Positions 1-9,556 of a stretch of DNA of 32,243 bases are shown piece after piece. The DNA comes from Chrysochromulina tobinii (taxonomy: Eukaryota), in assembly GCA_001275005.1 (NCBI GenBank), contig JWZX01001282.1:1-32243 (forward strand), read 5' to 3'. The translations under genes were made by a program, and so were the position numbers. Under the pieces are notes generated by a model that had not been told where the DNA came from, made no database searches, and worked only from the letters and a program-made list of their open reading frames with translations. The first letter of the stretch is position 1. Each line of letters begins with the position of its first letter.

Positions 1-809
1 TTGAAGGTGAGGGTGGTGGCGGCAGGGAGGGTGGCGGCGAGGGTGGGGACGGAGGCGGCGGAGACGGCGGGGACTTGCAAGCGTTCACCACAGTCGGCGC
101 AGTCCGTGGCGATGGCACACTGAGCCGCGACGCCATAGAGGGCAGTCAGCGAGTCTGGCCCGCCGTCCTGGCAGGCGCCGTTGTGTGCGAACTCACACGT
201 ATTGCTGCACCACATCGGTGGCGGCGATGGCGGTGGCAAGGGTGGCGGCGGCAACGGTGGAGGCGGGGGTGGTGGTGACGGCGACGGTGGCGGTGACGGC
301 GACGGCGGGGGTGGAGGTGACGGCGATGGTGGCGGTGACGGCGACGGCGGGGGCTGATGTGGAGGATAAGTACTCGTGGTAATGATGTCACGCACTGGAC
401 GCGGGCCGCAGTCGGTGCAGTCGGTGCCATAGGCGCAACTCGAGAACTCGGAGCCGGAGCCGCCGTCATTGCAGGCGCCATTTGACGCATATTGGGAACT
501 AAAGCTACCTGCTCCAACGCACGCGTCGGAGCAGATTAAGGAGGTGGGGCGCATGGTAAGTGACCGAGGCGCTCGTTGTTTCTTTGAAGAGGGAGCCCGT
601 GACTGCAATGTCCTCCGGTCACTCATCCTGGCAAGAATGGAGCCGCTGTCCGGCGGAACGCCGCGGAGTGGCGATGGCAGCCGTGGCGATGGCAGTCGTG
701 GTAGCGCTGTCACTTGTGCTTCAGGTAGCGCTGGCGTCCCAAACGCAGACGTAAGCGGTCGGATTTCATCCAAATTCCCCAAAAGCAGCAACCAAACAAA
801 GTGCCCCAT
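1..809 (-). CDS. Secreted Pro-rich protein with two Cys-rich LNR/Notch-like repeats (partial, runs off the window; apparent frameshift near nt 75-80)
   Basis: Not in the ORF track. Manual translation from ATG 809 (upstream in-frame TAA at 897-899): MGHFVWLLLLG...RRTLQS...CSDAC...NGACNDGGSGSEFSSCAYGTDCTDCGPR, then (SPPP)n, then CSNTCEFAHNGACQDGGPDS...CAIATDCADCGER. Hydrophobic N-terminus. Confidence 0.75.
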   Translation of the reverse strand, partial: MGHFVWLLLLGNLDEIRPLTSAFGTPALPEAQVTALPRLPSPRLPSPLRGVPPDSGSILARMSDRRTLQSRAPSSKKQRAPRSLTMRPTSLICSDACVGAGSFSSQYASNGACNDGGSGSEFSSCAYGTDCTDCGPRPVRDIITTSTYPPHQPPPSPSPPPSPSPPPPPSPSPPPSPSPPPPPPPLPPPPLPPPSPPPMWCSNTCEFAHNGACQDGGPDSLTALYGVAAQCAIATDCADCGERLQVPAVSAASVPTLAATLPAATTLTF

Positions 810-1326
810 GCTTGCGTGGGCGGCCTGCCGTGGCACGGTGAACCCTTGCGATTGCGATCTTGCTGCGTGAGCGCTGTGGCTCGTCACGCGGTAGGATTAC
901 ATGCACGAATTGCCACACGACGGGTTGTGTTTGGGCGGCAAGTCCATTCCGTCATGTCAGGACAAGTCCAGACAAGGCAAGTCAAGGCAAGGTGGACCTT
1001 TTATAGATGCATCCCCTCCGTCACCTCCGCCCACTCCCTTTCACCACAGCTGGCTTCCGGAGCACGTTCGATACAATTGTACGCTTCCGGACTTGACTTG
1101 ACATCGGCAGCAACTGCAGAGCCTGGTTGCCAACGGGCGCCGAACCTTGCTGTTTGCTCAGTGTGCGTATCCCCGCTGGCGCGCCCGCTGACAGTCGGTC
1201 GATTCGCCCCCCCGCTGGAAACTAATTCCACTTCACACTTTGGTTCATTTCGCTCGCTCTCGGGACCCGATTTCAAGAGGGGGTTCTCTTTAGAACAGGG
1301 GGCTCTCTTTAGAAGAGGGCGGCTCC

Positions 1327-2745
1327 ATGCCGACCTCGTGCGTCCGCCTGCGCGGTGGTGGCCTGCAGGGCGGCATGCCATCGACGGTCGGCCGATATGC
1401 TGTCGGCGACAAGCTCGGTGAGGGCACCTTTGGCACCGTAATGAAGGGAGCGCATCAGCTCGCTGGCGAGAAGGTGGCGATCAAGGTGCTCGAGAAGCGA
1501 CGGATGCAGCAGGCGGACGACATCGAGCGGGTCGGGCGCGAGATCCAGATCCTCAAGCAACTCAAACACCCGCACGTGATTCGGCTCTGGGAGATCATCC
1601 ATACCTCCGACCGCATCTACCTCATCATGGAGTTTACCGCCCGCGGCGAGCTCTTCCAGCACATTGTAAAGGCGGGGCGGCTGAGCGAGGATGAGGGGCG
1701 GCGCTTCTTCAACCAGATCGTGGCGGGCGTCTCGTACTTGCACGCAAACAATGTTGTGCACCGCGACATCAAGCCCGAGAACCTGCTCCTCGACAGCGAG
1801 AAGACGATCCGTATCATCGACTTTGGGCTCTCGACCAAGTGCGCGCCGGGGCAGGTGCTCAAGCATGCGTGTGGCTCGCCGTGCTACGCGGCGCCCGAGA
1901 TGCTCACGCGCGAGGGGCAGACGCACGGCTACGTCGGTCACCCTGTCGACATCTGGTCCTCGGGCATCACCCTCTTCGCGATGATCTGCGGCTTCCTCCC
2001 ATTTGAGCATCAGAACACCTCACAGCTGTACAAGAAGATCATCGCGGGAGACTACGCGGCGCCGCCCTTCCTGACGCGCGAGGCGAAGGACGTGATCAAG
2101 CGGCTACTCACCACCGACCCGCAGCGCCGATGGAGCCTCGAGCAGATTGCGTCCCACCCGTGGTGCACGGCGGGCGGGGCCGCATCTTCGGTCATCCGCG
2201 CGGGCAGCAGCGAGGCCGGTGCGGTGGCGCAGCTTCTCTCGGAGACGACGCCGGACGGGCCGACGCTTGCCAAGATGGAGCAGCATGGGTACAAGGTGGA
2301 CGAGGTCACCGCTGAGCTGGGCAAGCACTCCGAGGGCGCGGCCACCTACTGGCTCATGCGTCTCCATGCGCTCAAGTCGGCTCGGCGCGACGGTGGCCCA
2401 CTCGCGCCCGCCGCACCAAACCAGGTGTCCGCGCGCGGCGTTCGGCCCGAGTGGGACGCGGCGCCACGCCCGCAGCAGCCGCAGCCGCCGAAGCCGCCGC
2501 CGCCGCCGCAGCAGCCGGCGGTCCCACGCAACGGCAAGGAGAACCACCCCCTCGCCCAGTCGCCGCTCGCGCCTCGCACACTCAAGCCGGCGGCAGACAC
2601 TCCGACAAAGGGCCTCACACGATCCCCCAAGCCTCTCACGCTGCTGACCGCGGCGTACGCGGCCAGCGGCGCCGAAGACACGCGCCGCTCGTCCCCCAGT
2701 CTCATGGGCCCTGTGGGTCCGGCGCACGCTGCCGCGCGCCACCGT

Positions 2746-2812
<67 letters not shown>

Positions 2813-3240
2813 AGGAGCCCCACCCCGACCCGCGATACGATGCGCTCGCGAGCTTCCGCGAGCGCATGCGGGCGGAGGCTGCCTCCAAGCCGCAGCCCGC
2901 GTCCGCGCGCGAGCGCGAGGCTGTGGACGACGCGGCTGCCCACTATCATCGCACCGCGCGGCCGCAGTCTGCGCGCCGGCAGCATCCCTCGGGATCCTAT
3001 GCGCCACGTCCTCCCCCCGAGCGCTCCGCGCCGCAGGCGCCGCCGCCGCAGCAGCAGCAGCAGCAACGGCCGCCCTCACGCTCCGTGTCACCGCGACACG
3101 TGGCGCCGGGCGGTCCGCGCGACCCGAGCCCGCGCGACCCGCGTCCTGAGGCGGCCTCGCGCCGTGGCGCCGACTTTCGCAGCCGCAAGTACGCAACGAC
3201 GGGGCAGCCTCGGATGGTGGGCCTCATTGCGCAGAAATGA
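1327..3240 (+). CDS. SNF1/AMPK-related (CAMKL) Ser/Thr protein kinase with degenerate UBA-like segment and Q/P-rich tail
   Basis: GEGTFG, VAIK, HRDIKPEN, DFG, CGSPCYAAPE and DIWSSG motifs. Start may be ATG 1327 or ATG 1375. Confidence 0.95.
2746..2808 (+). repeat. (CAG)21 pure trinucleotide repeat encoding polyQ
   Basis: 63 nt of uninterrupted CAG in the kinase C-terminal tail. Confidence 0.98.
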
Positions 3241-3386
3241 GTGGCGCGAGGTTGCGGTGACCAGGGCACTAGCGGCGTTCGTGGAGGCGACCGCGGCACG
3301 TGCGGTGGAGGCCGATGGCGAAGGCGGCGACGTCGGCGTGGTCGCGATGGCGGCGACGGCTTCTCGGTCGCGATGGCGAGGAACCG

Positions 3387-3451
3387 GGTACGTTACGGGG
3401 GCACAGCCGTTACGGCTGCCGTTACGTCGGTACGTTACGGGGGCACAGCCG
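3387..3451. repeat. 23-bp perfect direct repeat with internal CGTTAC motifs and a small palindrome
   Basis: GGTACGTTACGGGGGCACAGCCG at 3387-3409 and 3429-3451; CAGCCGT-T-ACGGCTG at 3403-3417. Confidence 0.9.
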
Positions 3452-4287
3452 CAGAGGGATGCGGCAGCTGTGCGCGGCACCTGTCTCCGTTTGGCCTTGG
3501 CCGAGGCGATGGCGGCGCGAGGCGAAGGCGGCCCTGCTGCACGCGTGTGTTGTTTGAGGTGGGGGGAGAGCGGGTGTCTGCGGCTCGGGCTGAGGCCCCT
3601 GTGAAGCCCCCGAGACAGTGCGCCGAGGAGCGCTTATGACAGCATGACAGATCCATGCGGAGATGTGGAACAGCTTTGTGAGTGTGGATGACGATGAGCG
3701 ATGGCAGTTGGCACGGGGCTATCACCTAATACGTCATATCTCGGTCTCGAGGCATGCGAGATGCACGTCGTTGGAATGTTCAAAGCGAAGGGCGAAGGGC
3801 GCCGGGGCCGCGGATGATGCCCACAGAGTGAGGGCGCAACCGACCACGTGCGGAGCGGCGACCTCCGGACGCGGCGCGAGATCTTGGGTGTGATCGGAAA
3901 CCCATAACCGCGGAAGGCGCGATCTGCACGTTCATTGTTCGTTCTGGGTTCTGCCCCTTTTTCTCACCGATCCACCCCGCACGCACGCGCGCACCCGACC
4001 CGACACCCATAAACCGTACGCTACCGGAGCGTCGACCGGAGCGGATCGCTTCAGCGTGGGGCGTGCTCACACGGGGCGATTGCTGCACCGTCCCGCGTTC
4101 TCGCCTGGTCTCCCCACGCCTTCCCTCGCATGCCTGTTCGCAACACGTGGTTGCCCTCCTGTAATTTTCACGCACCTTAGATGGCATTCGATTATGCGTC
4201 CGCGCGGTGCCCCGGCGCGACGCGGGAACCAGTCTCGAGAGGAGAGTCAGGGGCGGAAGGTTTCGCAAAGGCGCAGGGAGGGCCGGT

Positions 4288-4748
4288 TTAGTGCATCGTG
4301 TCATCGACCACGGAGCACGGGGAGGGGGCGTGCGCCTTGGCAATAGAGGCCTCGAAGCGCTTGAGCTCGTGCAGCAGCCGATCGATGCGGTCCACGAGCA
4401 GGGGTACCTTATCGTCCGACCCACTCCCCACGAGCCCCCCGTACGAGAAGCCCCAGCGGGCGTAGCGCGAGAGGCAGTCGGAGGAGACCACGGACATGAG
4501 GACGACTACAAGCCGACGCTCGGGGTGGAGGGCGCGCCGCTCGGCGACCAGATCGCACAGAAGCCGGTACGCGGCGCCGTAACGGTCGGCCACGATCGCG
4601 TCAATGTACAGCAGCTCGTCGTCCTTCCCCGCGTTCACAAGCGAGCGAAGCAGTCGCTCCGCGGGGAAAGGAGTTTCGACGATGGCGGCGGCTACCGCGT
4701 CTCGGCTGCTACTGCCAGGGCTGCTGCCGCCGCCGCCGCCGCCGCCGC

Positions 4749-4791
<43 letters not shown>

Positions 4792-5511
4792 GCCACGGCG
4801 AGGGCTGGGCGGCACATCTGTGCTACTGCTGCTGCTGCTACCTGTGCTGCAGAGGGCATGCACGATGGCGTCCTGGCGTGAGAAGCGGTCATTGGACCAT
4901 CCCTCGTCGACGACAGGCATGGGTGCGCCGAGGAAGCTGAAGGTGGCATCCTGCACGAGCCGCCGCGCGTTGCGCAGCCACGGGGGTGTCGCAGCGGCCG
5001 AAGCTGGCGGCCCCGCAAATGAGCGTGCCTCCCACCCCTCACCGAAGCGCGAACTCGGCAAGAACTGCAGCTGCTTGATGGTGACGCGCGGCAGGTCAAC
5101 ACTCGTGCCTTTCAATCCGTACGCGCGCAGCGACACGCGCACGCCCGGCTGCAGCGGGGGCAGCGTGCGCCAGCACACGAAGCCCGAGGCATCGAGGCCG
5201 TCGTGAATGCCGGCGTGCAGCTGGACGATGCGCTGCTGCACGCGCGGCTCGAGGTCGTTCATGACGAGGCGTGCCCACAGGGCCGGCTCCGCGAGCCACC
5301 GGTAAAGCCGGTCCTCGTCGCCATTGAAGGGCGGGACGCCCTCCCAAAAGCCGCCAAGCATCACGAGCTGCCGCGGCGTCACCGCATAGGAGGCCTTGCT
5401 CGGCTCCTTGGTCTTGCGCGACTTTGCCGGGCGCGCATCCTCCTCCTCCTCTGCTGCGCGCTTGTTGCCACCCAGGCGGCTCACTATACTGGACCAGACC
5501 GTGCTTGGCAT
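4288..5511 (-). CDS. Hypothetical protein with C-terminal GNAT-like acetyltransferase fold
   Basis: Likely ATG at 5511 (MPSTVWS). C-terminal LLYIDAIVAD..GAAYRLL and VVVLMSV...LSRYARWGF resemble GNAT motifs A and B. Basic NLS-like patch and a poly-Ser/Gly insert. Confidence 0.6.
4720..4793. repeat. (GCC)n/(GCT)n trinucleotide tract (poly-Ser/poly-Gly on the minus strand)
   Basis: Directly visible trinucleotide runs. Confidence 0.9.
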
Positions 5512-5902
5512 CAAACAGTGATAGGGCCGCGCGCGCCCGCGCTCCCTAGACGTAGGCGAGACTCCGCTCCTTCTGCCTTCTGGTTCTGTTTTTCTCGATT
5601 GCTTTTGCAATCGCACTTCTCTGCAAAACCGTTCAGGCGGCGGCGCGCATCACCACCGATACCGGAGCGCATGCCGCGTCGGCGCGCACCACCACCGTGG
5701 GGTACCGGAGCGCATGCGACGAGACGCGATGAGCATGCCGGTGCGATGCAATATCATGTACATTTTGCAGCATCATTGGGCGACCCCCTGGGGCCTGGGC
5801 GAGGCTTCCGGCCGGGCATAGATGCCGTTGTTGAGTGTTTAAGTGATGGCGCTGCACGTGCCACCACCATGTCAGCCGCTGCTGGTGAAGCATGCCCTCT
5901 TG

Positions 5903-5921
5903 CTCTCTCTCTCTCTCTCTC
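5903..5921. repeat. (CT)n microsatellite
   Basis: CTCTCT... run. Confidence 0.9.
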
Positions 5922-5965
5922 CTAGTTGTGCGATGGCGGTCTCAAAATCTGCTGCCCTTCGTCCA

Positions 5966-6610
5966 TTAGACGCATATTTCCTGCCTCGAAGACAGCTGAC
6001 TCTTGCGCATCGAGAGGCACGATTTGTCCACCTTGACCTTCTTTTTCTTCACTTTCTCCAAGTTGGCGTCGCGATTGCTCTTAAGCGCCGAGCCTGGAGA
6101 AGACTTCCCTGCCTTGCTGCTCGCGGCGGAGTCGGGCGGCGACTTCGAGCTCGTACGATGGCTCTTTTGCGCCTTGGCAGGGGGCTGCTCCGCCTTAGCC
6201 GGCAAGAACGACGTGCGCGAAAACATCCGCGTGCTGTCGGCACCGGCACGAGCTGAGTCAGGCGGCGACTCCGAGCCCGAGCGGTAGCTGCGAGCGGTGA
6301 CAGAGGCCGGGGGCATCGAGGGGGGGTCACCGAGGCATCCGCTGTCGGTAGGCGGCGCCGCGGCGCGGCGTGCGAGCCGCTCGGCACGCAGCGCCACCAG
6401 CGTCTCCTTCGAGAAGGCAGGCGCAAGCCTCGCAGGCTCAGGCGGCGGCAGCTCCGCAAGCTCGCCGTCCTCGTTGACTGTCCTCTGAACGCCACTCAGC
6501 ATCTGCAGCATCGCAGCGGGCAGCGCGCCGGGGGCGTCGGGCAGCGCAGCCACACGATCTTCCTCGTCCATGTCCCAGTCCTCGTCGGCAGGCGCGGCAA
6601 GGTGCGCCAT
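5966..6610 (-). CDS. Hypothetical low-complexity protein (acidic N-terminus, Lys-rich C-terminus)
   Basis: ATG 6610 MAHLAAPADEDWDMDEED...KVKKKKVK; GC-rich codon usage; no recognisable domain; 3' end uncertain. Confidence 0.55.
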   Translation of the reverse strand: MAHLAAPADEDWDMDEEDRVAALPDAPGALPAAMLQMLSGVQRTVNEDGELAELPPPEPARLAPAFSKETLVALRAERLARRAAAPPTDSGCLGDPPSMPPASVTARSYRSGSESPPDSARAGADSTRMFSRTSFLPAKAEQPPAKAQKSHRTSSKSPPDSAASSKAGKSSPGSALKSNRDANLEKVKKKKVKVDKSCLSMRKSQLSSRQEICV

Positions 6611-6736
6611 TGGTCCGACGTTTCGAGACTCTTCACTTTTGGCTCGCAAAATTACTGGCGGGGGTGTGGGGGGTCCGGGTATTCAGCCACATATCGCAAA
6701 TATTAGAGACCTCTTTATAATATCGCGCGGCTTTGT

Positions 6737-7996
6737 TTACCCCACGTGTTTTGAGCAGAACAGGAGGAAACCCGTGTGCCCTCGCATGTCAGAGTACGGT
6801 CGTGTCGATAGCTGCGCCGGCGGCGCCGTCTTTGGCAGTATTGCTGCTGCTGCTGCTGTTGCCGGAGGTTCTGCTGCCGGAGGTGCTGCTGTTGCTGCTG
6901 GCTCAGGAGACGCTTTGCTCTCCTTCGCGGGCGGTGCAAGGTCGTCGTCGCCGCCGTCCTCGACCCGTGGCCGCTTGGCCGCCGCCGCCGCCGCCGCCGC
7001 GGCCTCCCCCTCACCCTCACCCTCACCCTCCGCCGCCATAGCCTCCGCCGCCATGGCCTCCGCCGCCATAGCCTCCGCCGCCATGGCCTCCGCCGCCATG
7101 GCCTCCGCCGCCATGGCCGCCTCCGAGGTCCTCGGCTGGAGAGCGGCAGGGGCGGAGGCTGCCTGGGCGGCGGCCCGAGCGCCCTGGGCGAGCGCGAGCG
7201 CGAGCGCGGAGGACGCGTCCCCGCCATGCTGCTGGCTCACTGCATGCGTCCGTACAACCACTTCGATCACCTCTATGCCAGTGAAACCACACGCAACTAG
7301 TGCTTCTTGTGTGCGAGCTATCTGCTCGATGCAGGGCGAGAAGGTGCAGAGCCGGCCGCCCGGGCGCAGGTAGGAAGCCACGTGCCGCACCGCGTCCCAC
7401 GGCTGCGGCAGGTCGAAGATCGCCGCGTCCACCGAACCATGCGCCGTGTTGGCGTACTCCCAGCCGTCAGCACACACGTCGCCGTGCAGCGACGTGACAC
7501 GCCCGCCGAGCCCGTTGGCGGCAAACTCGGCGGCCGCGAGCTGGGCGCGGTGCGCGTTGAATTCGAAGGTGTGCAGGTGGCCGCGCGCGCCCACCGCACG
7601 CGCGAGCGCGTGCGAGAGCGAGCCCGAGCCCGTGCCTGCCTCGATGCACACGCTGCCTGGTTGCAGCTCAAGCTGCAGCACAATCATCGAGATGTCGGCG
7701 ATGTAGAGGATCTGCGTGCGGTGCGGCAGCGTCGCCGTCCATAGCTCCGGGCTCGGCGAGAGCAGGTACACGAACCCGCCGCGGCCGCGTGGCTCAGAGA
7801 CGCGCTCGCCGAAGCGGCGGCCCACAAAGTCGGCGTGAGGGAAGGAGCCGTGGCGGCTGTCGAATCTCGCCGGCGGTGCGACGCGCACCGCGTGCAGGGT
7901 TTTGAAATCCTCGTACACGATCACAAGGTCGCCGATCGCGATTCGCTGGCGCGGATTGAGGCAGGCCGTTGCGGAGCCGTCGATCGACGCTGCCAT
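6737..7996 (-). CDS. TRM61: tRNA (adenine-58-N1)-methyltransferase catalytic subunit
   Basis: PELWTATLPHRTQILY, EAGTGSGSLSH, HTFEF, FDLPQPW, FSPCIEQ and C-terminal GHTGFLLF motifs of the GCD14/TRM61 family. ATG 7996 (MAASIDG). Confidence 0.96.
   Translation of the reverse strand: MAASIDGSATACLNPRQRIAIGDLVIVYEDFKTLHAVRVAPPARFDSRHGSFPHADFVGRRFGERVSEPRGRGGFVYLLSPSPELWTATLPHRTQILYIADISMIVLQLELQPGSVCIEAGTGSGSLSHALARAVGARGHLHTFEFNAHRAQLAAAEFAANGLGGRVTSLHGDVCADGWEYANTAHGSVDAAIFDLPQPWDAVRHVASYLRPGGRLCTFSPCIEQIARTQEALVACGFTGIEVIEVVVRTHAVSQQHGGDASSALALALAQGARAAAQAASAPAALQPRTSEAAMAAEAMAAEAMAAEAMAAEAMAAEAMAAEGEGEGEGEAAAAAAAAAKRPRVEDGGDDDLAPPAKESKASPEPAATAAPPAAEPPATAAAAAILPKTAPPAQLSTRPYSDMRGHTGFLLFCSKHVG
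7027..7116 (-). repeat. Six tandem 15-bp units encoding (AMAAE)6 inside TRM61
   Basis: CCTCCGCCGCCAT(A/G)G x6. Confidence 0.95.
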
Positions 7997-8109
7997 ATTA
8001 CCACGTCGCAAAGTGCCTGCAGCGGTCGCAGACGTTCCCGTGCCCGTGGTCCCTGTGAAACAAACCATTGGCTGTGAAACACTGAAACTTGTTTGTTCTG
8101 ATCTTCAGA

Positions 8110-9354
8110 TCAACGCTTGCTTCTCTGATGCAACCGCTTCCTCGCCTTCTTCGGCACCGTTTGGGCGCTGAAGCACGTCTCCTGCATCAGAGCGCGCATG
8201 CGCTCTGTGTACAGGAGGCCCGGCCGCTGCCGTTCCGAGGTCTTGCTCGCAGGAGGCCGATCGCACAGGGCCATGGTGCATGTCCACGTGGGATGCAGCG
8301 CGTCGTAGAGATCCGTGTACGTGTCATTGTCCTCGGACTCGGCGGCGGCGACGTGGCGGAGCTTGGGCTTCAAGGGGTCCTTGGGATGGACCGATGGGGC
8401 CCACGAGCCGTTGGGGGTTTGTTGAGAGAGCAGCCACTGCGTGCCCCGATCGAGCAGCGCGGGAAGTTCCTGCATGAACGCCGCGTGCTGTCGCTCTTGT
8501 GCGTCGGAAGTTGTGCCGAACTTGTTGGTACTACTGGCGCTGCGGCTGTGCTGCAGCCCGCGAAGCACATCGACACATTCGGCGAGGCCATCCAAGTCGA
8601 CGTACACCAGGCCATCAGTGGCCTCGCCCGCAATCCCTTGCGTACGGAGCTCGGCCTGCGCCAACCAAAACGCGAGCGTGTCGCGCACATACGCTACAAG
8701 CCATGGCGCATCACGTAGCTCCAGTGTGGCCGAGTACGCACTCAGCCAGTAGCACAGGTGGGTAGCCAGGTAATAGCCTTCGCCAAAGTCCGAGTCGGCC
8801 GCCACCTGGCACGGCGGCTCGAGGCTGTGCCGCCGCAGGGAAGCTAGCACCTCTCGCATGCCCACCCGCGGCCGAGGCTGCAAGCGCCCGGGGTGCACGA
8901 CCTCGCAATACTCGATGATGAAGACGCGGTACGCCACTTCGTACCAGTCGCAAGTGCAGAGCTGCCCGCTGCGCCAGTCGGCCAAAAAGCGCCCGGGCAT
9001 GGTGAGGCCTACCATGTCCACGTGTGCGATGGCCTCGTCGGCATGAGCCAGGAGCTCGGCTGAATCAAACCCAAGCGGTTCGTATCGAACAGCGCCAAGG
9101 ATCTCGAAGAGCTGCGTCACCGAGAGCGGCTGCGGCCACATCAGCCAGTGCTTGGCGAGCACTGTGAGCAGCGCCAGTGCCCATTCACGCGCTTGCTCGC
9201 ACAGAGCGGCATCTGTTTCGCTCAGGAAGACATCATAGAACATGGACACACACTGACCGCCGAGCCGCAGAAGCGGCGAGTAGTCGTCTCGCGAGAGATT
9301 GGTGTAGAGAAAGGAGAGCCCACGCTGCACAGCCGCTTTGCGGGCCTCATCCAT
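8110..9354 (-). CDS. Alpha/alpha-toroid (terpene cyclase/prenyltransferase-like, DUF6895-like) protein
   Basis: YYLATHLCY, DLDGLAECVD, QW-type GTQWLLSQQTPNGSW and YDALHPTW motifs. Start at 9354 (MDEARKAAVQRGLSFL) preferred because upstream lies an AT-richer tract and a divergent gene. The ORF is open to 9744. Confidence 0.65.
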   Translation of the reverse strand: MDEARKAAVQRGLSFLYTNLSRDDYSPLLRLGGQCVSMFYDVFLSETDAALCEQAREWALALLTVLAKHWLMWPQPLSVTQLFEILGAVRYEPLGFDSAELLAHADEAIAHVDMVGLTMPGRFLADWRSGQLCTCDWYEVAYRVFIIEYCEVVHPGRLQPRPRVGMREVLASLRRHSLEPPCQVAADSDFGEGYYLATHLCYWLSAYSATLELRDAPWLVAYVRDTLAFWLAQAELRTQGIAGEATDGLVYVDLDGLAECVDVLRGLQHSRSASSTNKFGTTSDAQERQHAAFMQELPALLDRGTQWLLSQQTPNGSWAPSVHPKDPLKPKLRHVAAAESEDNDTYTDLYDALHPTWTCTMALCDRPPASKTSERQRPGLLYTERMRALMQETCFSAQTVPKKARKRLHQRSKR

Positions 9355-9556
9355 GATGATTGTGACCGTCGCTCGTAGGCGTCGGGTCGACAGGCCTTGT
9401 GTGAGGAGGCGCGAAAGACCTGTGAACGATTTCTCCGGTGATGATTCCTCATCTCCTCCGCTCGGTGTTTTTGAAACTTGGTCAGAAGTTCTTTTTTTAG
9501 ACTCGTCGCGATCGCGCCAGGCCATTGCACCGGTCGTGGACCCAAGCCTGAGTGGC

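Noticed and set aside
3241..4287. ORFs between the kinase and the GNAT-like gene
   Set aside because: Non-ATG or weak starts, Arg/Gly/Ala-rich translations and no motifs; treated as UTR or intergenic.
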